From assembly GCA_041571435.1 (NCBI GenBank), contig JBFFUI010000011.1, forward strand, positions 1 through 53,350: a stretch of DNA of 53,350 bases. The letters are read 5' to 3'. This document shows, one piece after another, positions 30,496 through 42,019 of this stretch (within the stretch, counting starts at the first letter, position 1; each line of letters begins with the position of its first letter). Both the position numbers and the translations under genes were made by a program. Below the pieces are notes generated by a model that was not told where the DNA came from, ran no database searches, and saw only the letters and a list, made by a program, of their open reading frames with translations. The DNA is from Sulfurimonadaceae bacterium. Its GTDB lineage: Bacteria; Campylobacterota; Campylobacteria; Campylobacterales; Sulfurimonadaceae.

Positions 30496-31743
30496 TTAGT
30501 ATGTAGGCTGGTTGTAGATTACGAAGTTTTGAGCAAGGGCTTTTAGCTCTTCTTTGATTGTCGCATGTTTTGCACTGTCTTCAATGTTATCAAGTACATC
30601 ACAGATGCGTTCAGCGATAAGTTCGAACTCTTTCTCTTTCATACCGCGAGATGTCAATGCTGCCGAACCGATACGGATGCCTGATGTTACAAACGGCGAA
30701 CGTGTCTCACCCGGAACGGTATTTTTATTCACGGTGATACCGGCATTGCCCAGAGCAGCATCGGCGTCTTTACCTGAGAACTCTTTGTCCAGGAACGAAA
30801 CAAGAACAAGGTGGTTGTCTGTACCGCCGGAAACAACGTCATATCCGCGTCGCATAAGTACATCAGCAAGTACAGAAGCATTCTTTTTGACTTGCACCGC
30901 ATACTCTTTCCACTCCGGTGAAAGATTGTATTTAAAACCGACCGCTTTTGCCGCAATAACGTGAACAAGCGGACCGCCCTGAAGACCCGGGAAGATAGCA
31001 GAGTTGACCTTCTTGGCGATCTCTTCGTCATTGGTCATGATCATACCGCCACGAGGACCGGCAAGAGTTTTGTGCGTCGTTGTCGTGACAACATCGGCGT
31101 ACGGGAATGGGCTAGGGTGCTCACCGGCAGCGACAAGACCGGCAATGTGTGCGATGTCGGCAAAAAGAATAGCGCCGACTTCGTCAGCGATTTCACGGAA
31201 TTTCTTAAAGTCGATCTCACGTGCATACGCAGAGGCACCACAAACGATGATTTTCGGCTGTGTAATGCGAGCGATGTCAAGAACGCGCTCGTAGTTGATG
31301 CGGCCGTCAAGTTCAACACCATAGGTGAATGAAGAGTAGTTCTTACCAGAGAACGACGGTTTAGAGCCGTGTGTAAGGTGACCACCGTGTGAAAGGTCCA
31401 TACCCAGGATCTTGTCACCCGCTTTAAGAAGTGCTGCATAGACAGCGCCGTTTGCCTGTGAACCGGCGTGCGGTTGAACATTGGCAAATTTACAGTTGAA
31501 AAGTTCGCAGGCGCGGTCAATAGCCAGCTGCTCCACACCGTCAGCATATTCGCATCCGCCGTAATAGCGTTTCGCAGGGTACCCTTCAGCATATTTATTA
31601 GTAAATACAGAACCCATCGCTTCCATTACTGCCGGAAGTGTAAAGTTTTCAGAGGCGATCATCTCCAGGTGGTCCGTCTGACGCTCCAACTCTTTTTCGC
31701 AGAGTGTGAAGATCTCATTGTCAAATTCTTGTAAAAAACTCAT
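30496..31743 (-). CDS. glyA: Serine hydroxymethyltransferase
   Basis: [25 protein letters not shown]. Confidence 0.98.
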   Translation of the reverse strand: MSFLQEFDNEIFTLCEKELERQTDHLEMIASENFTLPAVMEAMGSVFTNKYAEGYPAKRYYGGCEYADGVEQLAIDRACELFNCKFANVQPHAGSQANGAVYAALLKAGDKILGMDLSHGGHLTHGSKPSFSGKNYSSFTYGVELDGRINYERVLDIARITQPKIIVCGASAYAREIDFKKFREIADEVGAILFADIAHIAGLVAAGEHPSPFPYADVVTTTTHKTLAGPRGGMIMTNDEEIAKKVNSAIFPGLQGGPLVHVIAAKAVGFKYNLSPEWKEYAVQVKKNASVLADVLMRRGYDVVSGGTDNHLVLVSFLDKEFSGKDADAALGNAGITVNKNTVPGETRSPFVTSGIRIGSAALTSRGMKEKEFELIAERICDVLDNIEDSAKHATIKEELKALAQNFVIYNQPTY

Positions 31744-31807
31744 GTTAATCCTTTTTTGAAATTTAAATTTTGTTGTCCAAAGACTTTATTTTATTAGTTT
31801 GAGCCAT

Positions 31808-33328
31808 TTATGACTCTGTATCCTCTTGTTCAATGTCTGTGTTAAGCGGTTTCATTGCCGGGAACAATAAAACGTCTCGAATTGAGTGTTCGTTTGTCAA
31901 CAGCATGACCAGTCGATCCATTCCAATACCCTGACCGGCAGTAGGTGCCATACCATAGGAAAGCGCGTTGACGAAGTCGGCATCCATCTCATGCGCCTCA
32001 TCGTCACCCGTCGCCTCTTTGGAAGCCATCTGCCCTTCAAAACGCTCTAGCTGGTCGAGCGGATCATTGAGCTCAGAGAAGGCGTTGGCGATCTCTCGGC
32101 CTGCGATGAAGAGCTCAAAGCGGTCCGTCAGGGCAGGGTTCTCGTCATTGCGGCGTGCCAGTGGCGAGATCTCAACCGGGTACATCGTGATAAACGTAGG
32201 GTTGATCAGTTTCTCTTCAACATATTCGTCAAACAGTTCGCCTTGCAGTTGACCGAGGTTCATCGCCTCGTTGACATCGACATTGCGCTCTTTCAGATAA
32301 GCGACGATCTTCTCTTTGTCATTGACAATATCGCTCGGCACACCGCCGATCTCTGTCAACGAGTCGATCAGTGTAATCTCGCTAAACTGGTTGTAATCGA
32401 CTTCAATATCACCATACGGTAGCACTGTTGGAAGGTCCAGATGTTTGAACAGATACGCAAAATACTCTTTTGTCACAGCGATAAGATCTTTATAGGTCTT
32501 GTAGGCCCAGTAGAACTCGATAGAGGTAAACTCAGGATTATGCGTTGCGTCCATCCCCTCGTTTCGGAAGTTTCGGTTGATCTCAAAGACTGCTTCGAAA
32601 CCGCCGACGATCAGACGTTTCAAATAAAGTTCCGGAGCGATACGAAGATAACGGTCAATACTCAAAGCGTTGTGATGGGTCACAAACGGCTTTGCATTAG
32701 CACCGCCAGCAATAGGATGCATCATCGGCGTTTCGACCTCTAAAAAACCTTTCTCTTCAAAAAAACGGCGTGTCAAAGAGATCACTTTTGAGCGGATATG
32801 GAAGGTGCGGCGTACGTCAGCATTCATAATAAGGTCAAGATAACGCTGTCGATAACGCAGCTCTTTGTCCGTGATACCGTGGAACTTTTCCGGTAACGGA
32901 GAGACGGCTTTCGTCAGAAGTTTGAGCGTACCGACATGCAGCGAAAGTTCGCCTTTGTTGGTTACGAACGGAAAACCGTTCACCTCGATAATATCGCCCA
33001 CTTCGAAGTTCTTTTTGAAGATTTCGTTGTAAAAACCTTCCGGGAGGTTGTCACGTGTGACATAGACCTGAAGCATACCGCTCTCATCTTCAATCTTAAG
33101 AAAGCTAGCTTTACCCATGATACGGAAAAATTTGATACGTCCGGCAACGGTAAAGTTGCGCTTCTCATCACGTTTCTCTTCCATTGCTGCGATGTCGCTG
33201 TTCACATCAAAGTACTGGGCAATAGTCGTATTGCGACTGACGTCATTGGCATAAGGGTTAATGCCGTGTTCGCGCAGTGTGTTGGCTTTTTCAATACGCT
33301 GTTGTATATATTTGTTTTCTAAATTCAA
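31808..33328 (-). CDS. lysS: Lysine--tRNA ligase
   Basis: [30 protein letters not shown]. Confidence 0.98.
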   Translation of the reverse strand: MNLENKYIQQRIEKANTLREHGINPYANDVSRNTTIAQYFDVNSDIAAMEEKRDEKRNFTVAGRIKFFRIMGKASFLKIEDESGMLQVYVTRDNLPEGFYNEIFKKNFEVGDIIEVNGFPFVTNKGELSLHVGTLKLLTKAVSPLPEKFHGITDKELRYRQRYLDLIMNADVRRTFHIRSKVISLTRRFFEEKGFLEVETPMMHPIAGGANAKPFVTHHNALSIDRYLRIAPELYLKRLIVGGFEAVFEINRNFRNEGMDATHNPEFTSIEFYWAYKTYKDLIAVTKEYFAYLFKHLDLPTVLPYGDIEVDYNQFSEITLIDSLTEIGGVPSDIVNDKEKIVAYLKERNVDVNEAMNLGQLQGELFDEYVEEKLINPTFITMYPVEISPLARRNDENPALTDRFELFIAGREIANAFSELNDPLDQLERFEGQMASKEATGDDEAHEMDADFVNALSYGMAPTAGQGIGMDRLVMLLTNEHSIRDVLLFPAMKPLNTDIEQEDTES

Positions 33329-33349
33329 CGAGTTCTCCTATAAAATCTC

Positions 33350-33817
33350 TTAATTTTTTTGGCATTTTTTACAGATCCCGTAGATCTGCATCGAATGGTC
33401 TTGCATCTTAAACCCGAATTTTTCGGCAATTTTGCGCTGCTGTGCCTCTATGACATCATCAACAAATTCGGTGATCTTTCCGCATTTGGTACAGATCATA
33501 TGGTCATGGTGGTCTTTGGCACCAAGTTCGTATTTTTTGCCTTGTGCACCGAAAGAGAGCGAAGAGACGATGTCATTATCTTCGAGCATCGAGAGTGTTC
33601 TATAGACGGTTGCGATGCCGGCGTTGAGTTCAGGATACTTCTCTTTGATCAGCTGGTACAGCGCCTCTGGTGTCAAGTGCTCCTGCGAGTAGTAGAGTGT
33701 CTCAAGAATCTTTTCACGCTGGTTGGTGTACTTAAGACCTTTCTCTTTGAGGAGTCTCTTAAAGTCGGATAAAAGCTTATCGTATTCAACCGTGCGTTCA
33801 GTAAATGATGAGTCCAT
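33350..33817 (-). CDS. fur: Fur-family transcriptional regulator
   Basis: ATVYRTL, HHDHMICTKCG, CKKC; cvpA-fur-lysS-glyA synteny. Confidence 0.92.
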   Translation of the reverse strand: MDSSFTERTVEYDKLLSDFKRLLKEKGLKYTNQREKILETLYYSQEHLTPEALYQLIKEKYPELNAGIATVYRTLSMLEDNDIVSSLSFGAQGKKYELGAKDHHDHMICTKCGKITEFVDDVIEAQQRKIAEKFGFKMQDHSMQIYGICKKCQKN

Positions 33818-33819
33818 AT

Positions 33820-34485
33820 CTACTCTCCTTCAGTCAGGTTGTCTTCGATCTGTTTTTTAACACTTTTTTTGATCTTTTCTGCGCTTTCATCCAATGTTTC
33901 GTCAACTTTTTCTGTAACAATCTCTTTAGCATCCTTGATCTGCTCTTGCGCAGCTTCAACACCTTCGTCAATCGTCTCGTTGATATCGCCACTGACCTCT
34001 GCCGGATCGATGTGCATAATTATACTACCGGTCTCAACAAGAACCGGGAAGAGGACGCTTTTTTTCATGACTGGTTCAAGATTGACACGAATTGCCTGTA
34101 CATTATAAACAGCATAGGCGATGACAGCGGCGATCAGAAAGAACTTCCCGCTGCCTACAATAAAGCCCAATATCTTGTCTATCGGACCCAGGCCGCTTAC
34201 TTTTGACAGCTTTGTAAAGAACATGCCAAGGATGATCATGCCAGCCCAGAAGATGATAAGGGTTGCAACAAAGCCGACAAAGCTTATCGCGGCACCCGAT
34301 TCGAACTTGAAGATAGAATCACTGATGAGCCCGCCGACGCTGTCACCCAAACGTGAAGCAACAAAGATACCTCCGATGATTCCGATCAGTCCAAAAACCT
34401 CTTTGAAAAAACCGTTAATGATCCCTTTTAGACCAAGAAGCAAGATGATAATACCGACGACAAGATCGAAGTAACTAAGTTCCAT
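33820..34485 (-). CDS. cvpA: CvpA family protein
   Basis: GFFKEVFGLIG, GLGPIDKILG. Confidence 0.9.
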   Translation of the reverse strand: MELSYFDLVVGIIILLLGLKGIINGFFKEVFGLIGIIGGIFVASRLGDSVGGLISDSIFKFESGAAISFVGFVATLIIFWAGMIILGMFFTKLSKVSGLGPIDKILGFIVGSGKFFLIAAVIAYAVYNVQAIRVNLEPVMKKSVLFPVLVETGSIIMHIDPAEVSGDINETIDEGVEAAQEQIKDAKEIVTEKVDETLDESAEKIKKSVKKQIEDNLTEGE

Positions 34486-34680
34486 AGGCACGTCTTTAAT
34501 AGTAGAATTTAACGCGTATTATATCGCCCAAAACTGTATTTTAGATAATGAGTGTGCTTATCAAGCAGTTTGAAGCGGAGAAATCAGAACATATTTAGTA
34601 ACTTTTGTGTAATATAAATCTTTTAAAATTGAGAGCGTACATGAATGTGTGCGCAATAGATATATAAACAAGGTTTAATT

Positions 34681-36030
34681 ATGAGTATTTGGACACCGTC
34701 AAGCTGGAGAGAGAAGCCGATTTTACAACAACCAACGTATCCTGACTTGGAAGAGTTACAACGTGTTGAAAAACAGCTAAGCTCTTATCCGCCTCTTGTT
34801 TTTGCCGGTGAAGCCCGCAACCTTAAAAACCAGTTGGGGAACGTCGCTAACGGTAAAGCCTTCCTGTTGCAAGGCGGCGATTGTGCCGAGAGTTTTTCAG
34901 AGTTCCATGCCGACAACATCCGTGACACCTTCAAGGCGATGATGCAGATGGCTGTTGTCATGACGTTCGCCGGTGGTCTGCCTGTTGTCAAAGTAGGGCG
35001 TATGGGTGGTCAATTTGCCAAGCCGCGCTCTTCGGATACAGAGACGTTCGGTGATGTGACACTTCCAAGCTACCGCGGCGATATCATCAACAGTGTTGAC
35101 TTTACTGAAGAAGCACGTGTGCCGGACCCTCACCGTATGATACAAGCCTACAACCAATCGACGGCGACACTGAATCTCTTGCGTGCTTTTGCATCAGGCG
35201 GCTTGGCTGACCTGCATCAAGTCCATAAATGGAACCTTGATTTTGCACATCAAAGCGAGATCTCGTCCAAGTACGAAGAACTGGCTGAGCAGATCTCACA
35301 GTCACTGGAGTTCATGGAAGCATGTGGTGTCAACTCAACGACATTCCGTACACTACGCGAAACAGATTTCTATACATCACATGAAGCGCTTCTTCTTCCT
35401 TATGAGGAAGCCTTCACGCGTAAAGACTCACTGACAGGCGAGTGGTATGATGTTTCAGCACACATGCTTTGGATCGGTGATCGTACGCGTCAACTTGACG
35501 GTGCTCACGTAGAGTTCCTAAGCGGTGTCAAAAACCCGATCGGCCTCAAATGTGGCCCAAGTATGGAAACGGATGATCTTATTAGACTCATCGACAAACT
35601 GAATCCGGAAAATGAAGCAGGTCGTCTAAACCTGATCGTTCGTATGGGTGCAGACAAAGTCGCAGAGGGGATGCCAAAACTCGTGCAGGCTGTAGAACGT
35701 GAAGGTAGATCAGTGGTCTGGAGCTGTGATCCGATGCATGGCAATGTCTATAAGTCCAGTAATGGCTATAAAACGCGTCCCGTCGATGCGATATTGACTG
35801 AGATGAAACAGTTCTTCCAGGTCCATAAAGCAGAAGGTACCCATGCCGGCGGTGTTCACCTCGAGATGACGGGTAAAGATGTCACTGAATGTGTCGGCGG
35901 ATCATTCCAGGTGTCCGAAGAAGACCTCTCTTCACGTTACCACACGCACTGTGATCCGCGCCTGAATGCAGACCAGTCGCTGGAACTTGCATTCCTGATC
36001 GCTGACACGCTCAAAGAGGCAACACACTAA
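34681..36030 (+). CDS. Class II DAHP synthase
   Basis: [36 protein letters not shown]. Confidence 0.96.
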   Translation: MSIWTPSSWREKPILQQPTYPDLEELQRVEKQLSSYPPLVFAGEARNLKNQLGNVANGKAFLLQGGDCAESFSEFHADNIRDTFKAMMQMAVVMTFAGGLPVVKVGRMGGQFAKPRSSDTETFGDVTLPSYRGDIINSVDFTEEARVPDPHRMIQAYNQSTATLNLLRAFASGGLADLHQVHKWNLDFAHQSEISSKYEELAEQISQSLEFMEACGVNSTTFRTLRETDFYTSHEALLLPYEEAFTRKDSLTGEWYDVSAHMLWIGDRTRQLDGAHVEFLSGVKNPIGLKCGPSMETDDLIRLIDKLNPENEAGRLNLIVRMGADKVAEGMPKLVQAVEREGRSVVWSCDPMHGNVYKSSNGYKTRPVDAILTEMKQFFQVHKAEGTHAGGVHLEMTGKDVTECVGGSFQVSEEDLSSRYHTHCDPRLNADQSLELAFLIADTLKEATH

Positions 36031-36037
36031 GACGCAA

Positions 36038-36448
36038 ATGCGCAACTATAAAGAGATCTATCTTCGTAACCGATACGAGATAGAACTCTCTGATGATTAC
36101 ACACTCTCTTTCTCCCTGATCGATTTTACCGACAACCACTTTTTTGATCGCCCTTTCGGTATCGTTACAGCATCAAACCCGTTCAACACAACACTTGATG
36201 ATGATGAAAACAGGCATCGCAATGAAGTACTATATAACGAACTAAATAGTAGATATGAAATTCTGCCGGTCAAGGGGTCTCTTGAGAACCACACAGAAGA
36301 GGGGTACCTGCTGTTTGATATCTCTGTTTCCGAGCTGCTGGGAATCGGTCAGAAGTATAATCAGTATGCGATATTCTATAATGCAGTGGACAGATTGATG
36401 TATCTTGAATGTAAAAACGGTAAAGTCATTGTAGAGAAAGAGAGGTAG
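36038..36448 (+). CDS. DUF3293 domain protein
   Basis: IVTASNP, EEG, YNQYAIF. Confidence 0.85.
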   Translation: MRNYKEIYLRNRYEIELSDDYTLSFSLIDFTDNHFFDRPFGIVTASNPFNTTLDDDENRHRNEVLYNELNSRYEILPVKGSLENHTEEGYLLFDISVSELLGIGQKYNQYAIFYNAVDRLMYLECKNGKVIVEKER

Positions 36449-36467
36449 ACCCCCGATAGGGGGGGGC
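36449..36467. terminator. GC hairpin between convergent genes
   Basis: CCCCC-GATA-GGGGGGGG. Confidence 0.5.
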
Positions 36468-36473
36468 AAATAT

Positions 36474-37550
36474 TTAGAGTCCGTTTTGCTCAAAGGTGCG
36501 GATCAACTCATCAGGACGGTTGGCATAAGAGATGGCGGTCTCACGAGATACAATACGCTTTTGAACAAACTCAAGAAGCTGTTGTGTCTGAGTAACCATT
36601 CCTGTCTCCTGCTGATTTAACTGCATTTGAGAATAGACCTGGTGGACCTTGTCTTCACGGATAAGGTTGGCGATCGCCGGATTGGTAAGCATGAACTCCT
36701 GGGTCGCGATACGTCCGCCGCCCATTTTTGGCAGAAGCGCCTGTGCGATAACGGCAACGAGTGATGTTGAGAGTTGTGCACGGATCTGAGGCTGCTCTTC
36801 ACCTGAGAAAACGTCGATAATACGGTTGATTGTCTGCGGTGCAGAGTTGGTGTGAAGCGTACCGAATACAAGGTGACCTGTTTCAGCAGCTGTCAGAGCG
36901 GCACCGATCGTCTCCTGGTCACGCATCTCCCCGATCAGGATGACATCCGGATCCTGACGCATTGCGTACTTGAGGGCGATCGCAAAACTCTTTGTATCGT
37001 TACCGACATTACGCTGGGAGAAGAGGCACTTTTTGTTCGTGTGGACAAATTCAACCGGGTCTTCGACAGTGATAATGTGACGGTTCTCAGTCTCGTTGAC
37101 CTCGTTGAGCATGGCTGCCAGTGTCGTCGATTTACCCGAACCGGTAGGACCGGTAACCAGGATCAGACCTTTTTCACGCTTGATGATCTTTTTGAACGCC
37201 GGATTGGCATTAAGGTCATCAAGAGATGGGATTTCAATAGGAATGATACGAAACGCACAGGCGAGGTCATCCAAAGTCTTGTAGTAGTTGGCACGGAAAC
37301 GGCCGATTTCAGGCAGCATGATCGCGAAGTCAAGCTCATTATGCTCTTCAAGGTCTTTTTTCTGTTTCTCTGTCAACAGGGCGTACGCCATATCTTCGAT
37401 CATCTTGCCGTCGAGTGTAGGCAGATTCAGTGCGACCAGACGACCGTCAATACGAATCTGTGGTTCAGAACGCGAAACAAGGTGAAGGTCAGATGCTTTA
37501 TAGGCAACGACACTTTTTAGCAGTTTTCTAATATCCAATGCTTGACTCAT
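36474..37550 (-). CDS. pilT: Type IV pilus retraction ATPase
   Basis: GPTGSGKST, EDPVE, RQDPD, GEMRD, TGHLVFGTLH, AIANLIRE. Confidence 0.95.
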   Translation of the reverse strand: MSQALDIRKLLKSVVAYKASDLHLVSRSEPQIRIDGRLVALNLPTLDGKMIEDMAYALLTEKQKKDLEEHNELDFAIMLPEIGRFRANYYKTLDDLACAFRIIPIEIPSLDDLNANPAFKKIIKREKGLILVTGPTGSGKSTTLAAMLNEVNETENRHIITVEDPVEFVHTNKKCLFSQRNVGNDTKSFAIALKYAMRQDPDVILIGEMRDQETIGAALTAAETGHLVFGTLHTNSAPQTINRIIDVFSGEEQPQIRAQLSTSLVAVIAQALLPKMGGGRIATQEFMLTNPAIANLIREDKVHQVYSQMQLNQQETGMVTQTQQLLEFVQKRIVSRETAISYANRPDELIRTFEQNGL

Positions 37551-37756
37551 AAATTCACTCCAAGTTAAATTAAGGTGTTCTAGACACCTTTTTTTATATT
37601 TTATTACATTTCTTTATGAAACACTTTAATCTTATAAAAAAATTGCTTAAGTGTACCTCGTAGGTGTGCAAAGAGCACAAATATGGCAAGGGTTGTGAAG
37701 AGATGGGGACAGAGTACCGCTGAATGTAAATAGAGTTGTTGAAGATAGAGACGTTG

Positions 37757-38098
37757 TTACGAAAAGAGCTCTTCGTAAACAGACTGATCAAAGGCGACGG
37801 TGATCCTGCCGTCAAGGTCGAGAACAGGCCGTTTGATAAGCAGGTTCTCTTTGCAGAGCCATTGCAGTTGCTGCTCTTCATTCAGATCGAGCTCTTTGAG
37901 TTTCAGTGTACGATAGGTTGTGCCCCGGGTGTTGAAAAGTGTCTTCATGCTGACTTGTTCAAGCCAAGGTTTGACAATGTCGCAACCGACCGGTGTCGTT
38001 TTAAAGTCAATGAGTTCGTAAGCGATACCTTTAGCTTTTAAAAACTTGATCGCTTTTTTAACACTGTCACAATTCTTGATACCGTAGAGCTTGACCAT
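37757..38098 (-). CDS. ArsC/Spx/YffB family protein
   Basis: YGIKNCDSVKKA, LIKRPV. Confidence 0.92.
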   Translation of the reverse strand: MVKLYGIKNCDSVKKAIKFLKAKGIAYELIDFKTTPVGCDIVKPWLEQVSMKTLFNTRGTTYRTLKLKELDLNEEQQLQWLCKENLLIKRPVLDLDGRITVAFDQSVYEELFS

Positions 38099-38100
38099 CG

Positions 38101-38391
38101 TTATTCGATTATCTTCGGGACAACGAAGAAGTGATCTTCGCTGCGTGGCGCATGTTCAAGGATATCATCGTTGATGGCGCTGTCGCAGGCGCTTTTGTCT
38201 TCTCTGGTTGGTGTACCGTTGTCGTTCATCGCAAAATTGTCATCCACGTTTTCGGTGTTCAGTTCAGAGAGGTTGTCGACAAAATCGACGATACCGCTGA
38301 GTTGTGCGATGATCTCTTCGCGCTTGTCATCTTCGATGGTTAAAAAAGAGAGTTTTTCCAGACGTGTTAAAAGGGCGTCATCTACTTGCAT
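38101..38391 (-). CDS. gatC: Asp/Glu-tRNA amidotransferase subunit C
   Basis: L.KLS.L, RED, FVVPKIIE; AGGA RBS before ATG 38391. Confidence 0.95.
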   Translation of the reverse strand: MQVDDALLTRLEKLSFLTIEDDKREEIIAQLSGIVDFVDNLSELNTENVDDNFAMNDNGTPTREDKSACDSAINDDILEHAPRSEDHFFVVPKIIE

Positions 38392-38540
38392 ATACAGTCC
38401 TGCGTTATTTTTCACCATTTTAACAAAAAAAGCTTATCTTTTGCAGTAAACGGAATATGAGTGTCAAGGGTTGCGGGCGTTTAGAGCGCATTAACCATTG
38501 TTTCGATAACATAGCAGCAATTTTAATGAGGATGTCTACA

Positions 38541-39137
38541 GTGAGTTTAAAAGATAATATCGAAATGGTCAAAAATGAGCTTAACAGCGAAGAGCAGTTT
38601 TTTGAAAAAGCGGTGCAGACAGAACGTTTTGTAAAAAAGTACAAGAAACCGCTTATCGGTATTGTGACAGCAGCGATTTTAGCGATGGTTGCCGGATCGG
38701 CGTATGATATTACGATGCAAAACAGGATTGACCAGTCCAATGCAGCGTTGAACGTGTTGATGATTGACGCGAATGATCAAATAGCACAAGAACAACTAAA
38801 ATCACTTAACCCTGAGCTGTTCGACGTGTGGTCTCTCTCGCAAGCCCTTAAAACAAAAGATCAGGAGGCGCTCCGTGCACTGCAGAGTTCCAAAGCACTT
38901 GTCGTCGCCGATTTGGCAGAGTATGAACTGGCTGCGATCCAGGAAGATACGTCCGGGCTTCAAAACTATGCGCAGAAGAGCGGTGCGCTGCTTAAAGACC
39001 TGGCGTCAATCGAGACAGCTGTTTTATTGATGCATAAAGGTGAAAAAGAGCAGGCCCAAGCGAAACTGGCAATGATCGATATCAACTCACCTGTCTATCA
39101 GCTTGCACAATCATTAGCGCATTACGGAGTCAAGTAA
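38541..39137 (+). CDS. YfgM-like membrane-anchored helical protein
   Basis: GTG start after GAGG; 'E.FVKKYK' plus TM and helical repeats. Confidence 0.75.
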   Translation: MSLKDNIEMVKNELNSEEQFFEKAVQTERFVKKYKKPLIGIVTAAILAMVAGSAYDITMQNRIDQSNAALNVLMIDANDQIAQEQLKSLNPELFDVWSLSQALKTKDQEALRALQSSKALVVADLAEYELAAIQEDTSGLQNYAQKSGALLKDLASIETAVLLMHKGEKEQAQAKLAMIDINSPVYQLAQSLAHYGVK

Positions 39138-39139
39138 GC

Positions 39140-40132
39140 GTGAAAGCCTATTTATCAATTTTTCTACTCGCTCTCTTTGTCTTTAGCGGGTGTAGCAGTA
39201 AAGAGTACTTCACCCCGGAAAAAGTCAAAGACGACTGGGAGGAAAAGGTGTTTATGGAGCAGTCCATTATCACCGCTACTGCCGACGGAGCTGTCCTGGA
39301 AAACGGTCAGATCCTCACGAAAGAGGGTGTACAGGCATACTCGCTGCCCAAAGGGTACAGCTATATCGGTCAAAGTGACGGCTGGATAGTTGCCTCCAAG
39401 GTCAATGGCGAACTTCTGTTGAGCAGTATTGACGATGCAAATACAGAGATCAATCTGGATCTAAAGAAGACGGTGGCAGGTGCGACTGTCAGCGGCGACT
39501 ATGTGGCCGTGCTACTTGCTTCGAATGAGATGGCGCTTTACAGATTAAGCACCAAAGAGCTGCTCTTAAAAGAGAGCGGAAATGCACCGGTGGCAGTCGA
39601 TACGCGTATCGTCAACCCGTATTTCCTGAACGAATTGGTTCTATATCTTACCCTTGATGGCAAAATCGTGATCATCAACGCCAATACGAAGCAGGTGCTT
39701 CGTTCGATGCTGGTAAGCTCTGAAGATAATTTTAACAATATCATCTACTTTAATGTCATCGACAACGTCATGGTGGCTGCAACCGGATCACGACTCTTTT
39801 CTTTGAGCGACAAAGAGCGTCGTGAAAAGTATGAGATTCGTGATGTCATCTTCAGAGATGACGGGATCTGGATCAGTACCAAAGAGGGTGAAGTTGTTGC
39901 CTTGACACCATCACTGCAGCTAAAAGCAAAACGCAAATACCCGTTCGCCCACTTTCTTGGCATGATCATAACCGATGACAAGCTTTATCTGCTTGAAAAA
40001 GAGGGGTATATCATAGAACTGAGCAAGGATCTGTCAGCGTCAAATGCGTATGAACTTAACATTGATGACGGTTATGTCTATGTCGGTGACAAAGCCTTCT
40101 ATGTTAACGATGTGGTCTATTCTGTAGAGTAG
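39140..40132 (+). CDS. Beta-propeller-like outer-membrane lipoprotein (BamB/PgbB-like)
   Basis: Lipobox FSG-C; beta-rich repeats (TLDGK, TKEGE); follows the YfgM-like gene. Confidence 0.7.
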   Translation: MKAYLSIFLLALFVFSGCSSKEYFTPEKVKDDWEEKVFMEQSIITATADGAVLENGQILTKEGVQAYSLPKGYSYIGQSDGWIVASKVNGELLLSSIDDANTEINLDLKKTVAGATVSGDYVAVLLASNEMALYRLSTKELLLKESGNAPVAVDTRIVNPYFLNELVLYLTLDGKIVIINANTKQVLRSMLVSSEDNFNNIIYFNVIDNVMVAATGSRLFSLSDKERREKYEIRDVIFRDDGIWISTKEGEVVALTPSLQLKAKRKYPFAHFLGMIITDDKLYLLEKEGYIIELSKDLSASNAYELNIDDGYVYVGDKAFYVNDVVYSVE

Positions 40133-40134
40133 TT

Positions 40135-40950
40135 ATGTCAAATGAACTTGAAGCTTTTTTAGAGTACATTCAAGTCACCAAAGCGCTCTCCAAAAAGAGT
40201 TGCGAAGCCTACAAAAGTGATCTCTCCCAAATTGAAGAGATCGCTAAAAAACCGCTCATCTCTCTCGACACCAACACCACACTCAAAGCCCTCTCAAACT
40301 ACGATAACAAACGAACATTAAACCGTAAATTGTCGGCAATCAACGCTTTTTTTGCCTTTTGTTTTCGTAGCGAGTTTGTGCAGGAGCAACAAAAACTGAA
40401 GCTGGCAAAGATACCTAAAAGCCTGCCGAAGTTTCTGACGTACGAGCAGATACAAGAGGGGTTAAAAGGTATTGACAATGCGTCATGGCTGGGCAAAAGA
40501 GACACTGCCTTGATACTCTTTTTGTACGCAACGGGCATGCGTATCAGCGAATGTCTTAATATGCGTCTGGAAGACATCGAAGGTAATTGGCTGCGGGTAC
40601 GTCACGGTAAAGGCGACAAAGAGCGTCTGATCCCTGTTGCCAAAGAAGCGTTGCTGCTGCTGCGAAATTATCTTAATGCTGTGCCGTTTGAAAAAGAGCA
40701 GATATGGCTCAACTACACGGGCAAGCCGTTGAGCCGTATCTCTGCATTCAAGATCACGCAGAAATACCTTGATGTCTCGCCCCATGTCCTGCGACACTCC
40801 TATGCGACGGCACTGATACTCGGAGGTGCCGATCTGCGTGTCGTACAGGAGCTGTTGGGACATGCATCCCTGCTGACGACACAGGTCTATACCCATATAC
40901 AGAAACAGAACCTTCAGGATACGGTCTTGCGACATCACCCCATGGCATAG
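40135..40950 (+). CDS. xerD: Tyrosine recombinase, XerD-like
   Basis: YATGMRISE, GKGDKER, HVLRHS, LLGH, TTQVYTH. Confidence 0.85.
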   Translation: MSNELEAFLEYIQVTKALSKKSCEAYKSDLSQIEEIAKKPLISLDTNTTLKALSNYDNKRTLNRKLSAINAFFAFCFRSEFVQEQQKLKLAKIPKSLPKFLTYEQIQEGLKGIDNASWLGKRDTALILFLYATGMRISECLNMRLEDIEGNWLRVRHGKGDKERLIPVAKEALLLLRNYLNAVPFEKEQIWLNYTGKPLSRISAFKITQKYLDVSPHVLRHSYATALILGGADLRVVQELLGHASLLTTQVYTHIQKQNLQDTVLRHHPMA

Positions 40951-41090
40951 TTGCCTATAAAAACAGGCCGTGCATAAAAGGCGCATACGTAAAGATGCGG
41001 CACACCTTTTGGATATAATTGCGCAATAGAAAACATTTTTGAGGCCAGTTAGCGTTGTTACACATCCATGAAATACCCAAAAGAGAGTAT

Positions 41091-41411
41091 ATGAAAGCTT
41101 TGATAGATCAACTTCAATCCAAAGGCAAGATCTACAAATCCCTAGTAGAGGTCCAGCCCAAAGAGCTAAAGGTGCGCAACAAGATCCGCATCTTCTCTGC
41201 AACCGATACAAACGGTTACTACACTACGATTTTTATGGTCTCACAGAAGAGCCGATTACTGATGAAAGATGTGGTCAAATTCGAAGAGATCTATCAAAAG
41301 CTGGTCACCTACAGTGGACACAACTACAAGTATAAGATCCTTATCATTGATGCACCGCTCTGTTCAAAAGCGAAAAAAGCCTTTGGCGAGGCAAAATGGA
41401 AAATCATTTGA
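41091..41411 (+). CDS. Conserved hypothetical protein
   Basis: ATG after GAGAG; basic protein with 'KSRLLMKD' and 'APLCSKA'; coupled to coaX. Confidence 0.8.
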   Translation: MKALIDQLQSKGKIYKSLVEVQPKELKVRNKIRIFSATDTNGYYTTIFMVSQKSRLLMKDVVKFEEIYQKLVTYSGHNYKYKILIIDAPLCSKAKKAFGEAKWKII

Positions 41412-42019
41412 TCCTTTGCGATATCGGCAATACCTCTTACCATTTTTTAGAGGGAGATGTGGAGAGAAAAGAGAATGCTGTGACATTTGACGCTGTATCC
41501 GTAAAAGGTGACGTCTATTACATCAGTGTCAACGCAGATGTTGACAAGATCGTCTCTGAACTCGAAAACTGGCATGACCTTGGCAGGAATATTGCGTGGG
41601 AGAAGTACTATACTACGATGGGTGTAGACCGTGTGGTTGCATGTGAAGCCATCGATGATGGTCTGATCATCGATGCGGGCAGTGCAATCACCGTCGATAT
41701 CGTCACGAACGGATGCTTTGAAGGCGGTTTTATCTATCCCGGTCTCGAGGCGATGCAAGCATGTTACCGCAATATCTCGCCGAGGCTTGACTACAGTCTC
41801 AATTTTGAGCTTGATTTGGATAAAATGCCAAAAAATACCCAAGATGCGATCAGTTACGGTGTGCTTCGTACGCTTTACAGCGAAGTGGTGCGCCATCACA
41901 AGAAGGTCTATCTAACGGGTGGCAATGCCAAGGTGTTGTCCAAAATATTCCCCGAAGCGGTGGTTGATGAACGCCTGCTTTTCAAAGGGATGAAAAAAAT
42001 GATGGAGAAACGATGCTAA
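41408..42019 (+). CDS. coaX: Type III pantothenate kinase
   Basis: DIGNT, GVDR, DAGSAITVD, GGFIYPG, TGG. Confidence 0.95.
   Translation: MILCDIGNTSYHFLEGDVERKENAVTFDAVSVKGDVYYISVNADVDKIVSELENWHDLGRNIAWEKYYTTMGVDRVVACEAIDDGLIIDAGSAITVDIVTNGCFEGGFIYPGLEAMQACYRNISPRLDYSLNFELDLDKMPKNTQDAISYGVLRTLYSEVVRHHKKVYLTGGNAKVLSKIFPEAVVDERLLFKGMKKMMEKRC

Noticed and set aside
36459-36466. Phase-variable poly-G tract
   Set aside because: It is intergenic between convergent genes and forms a hairpin arm; it is not in a CDS or promoter.
40135-40950. Integrase of a mobile element
   Set aside because: It sits in an operon with core genes, with no att repeats, cargo or compositional shift.
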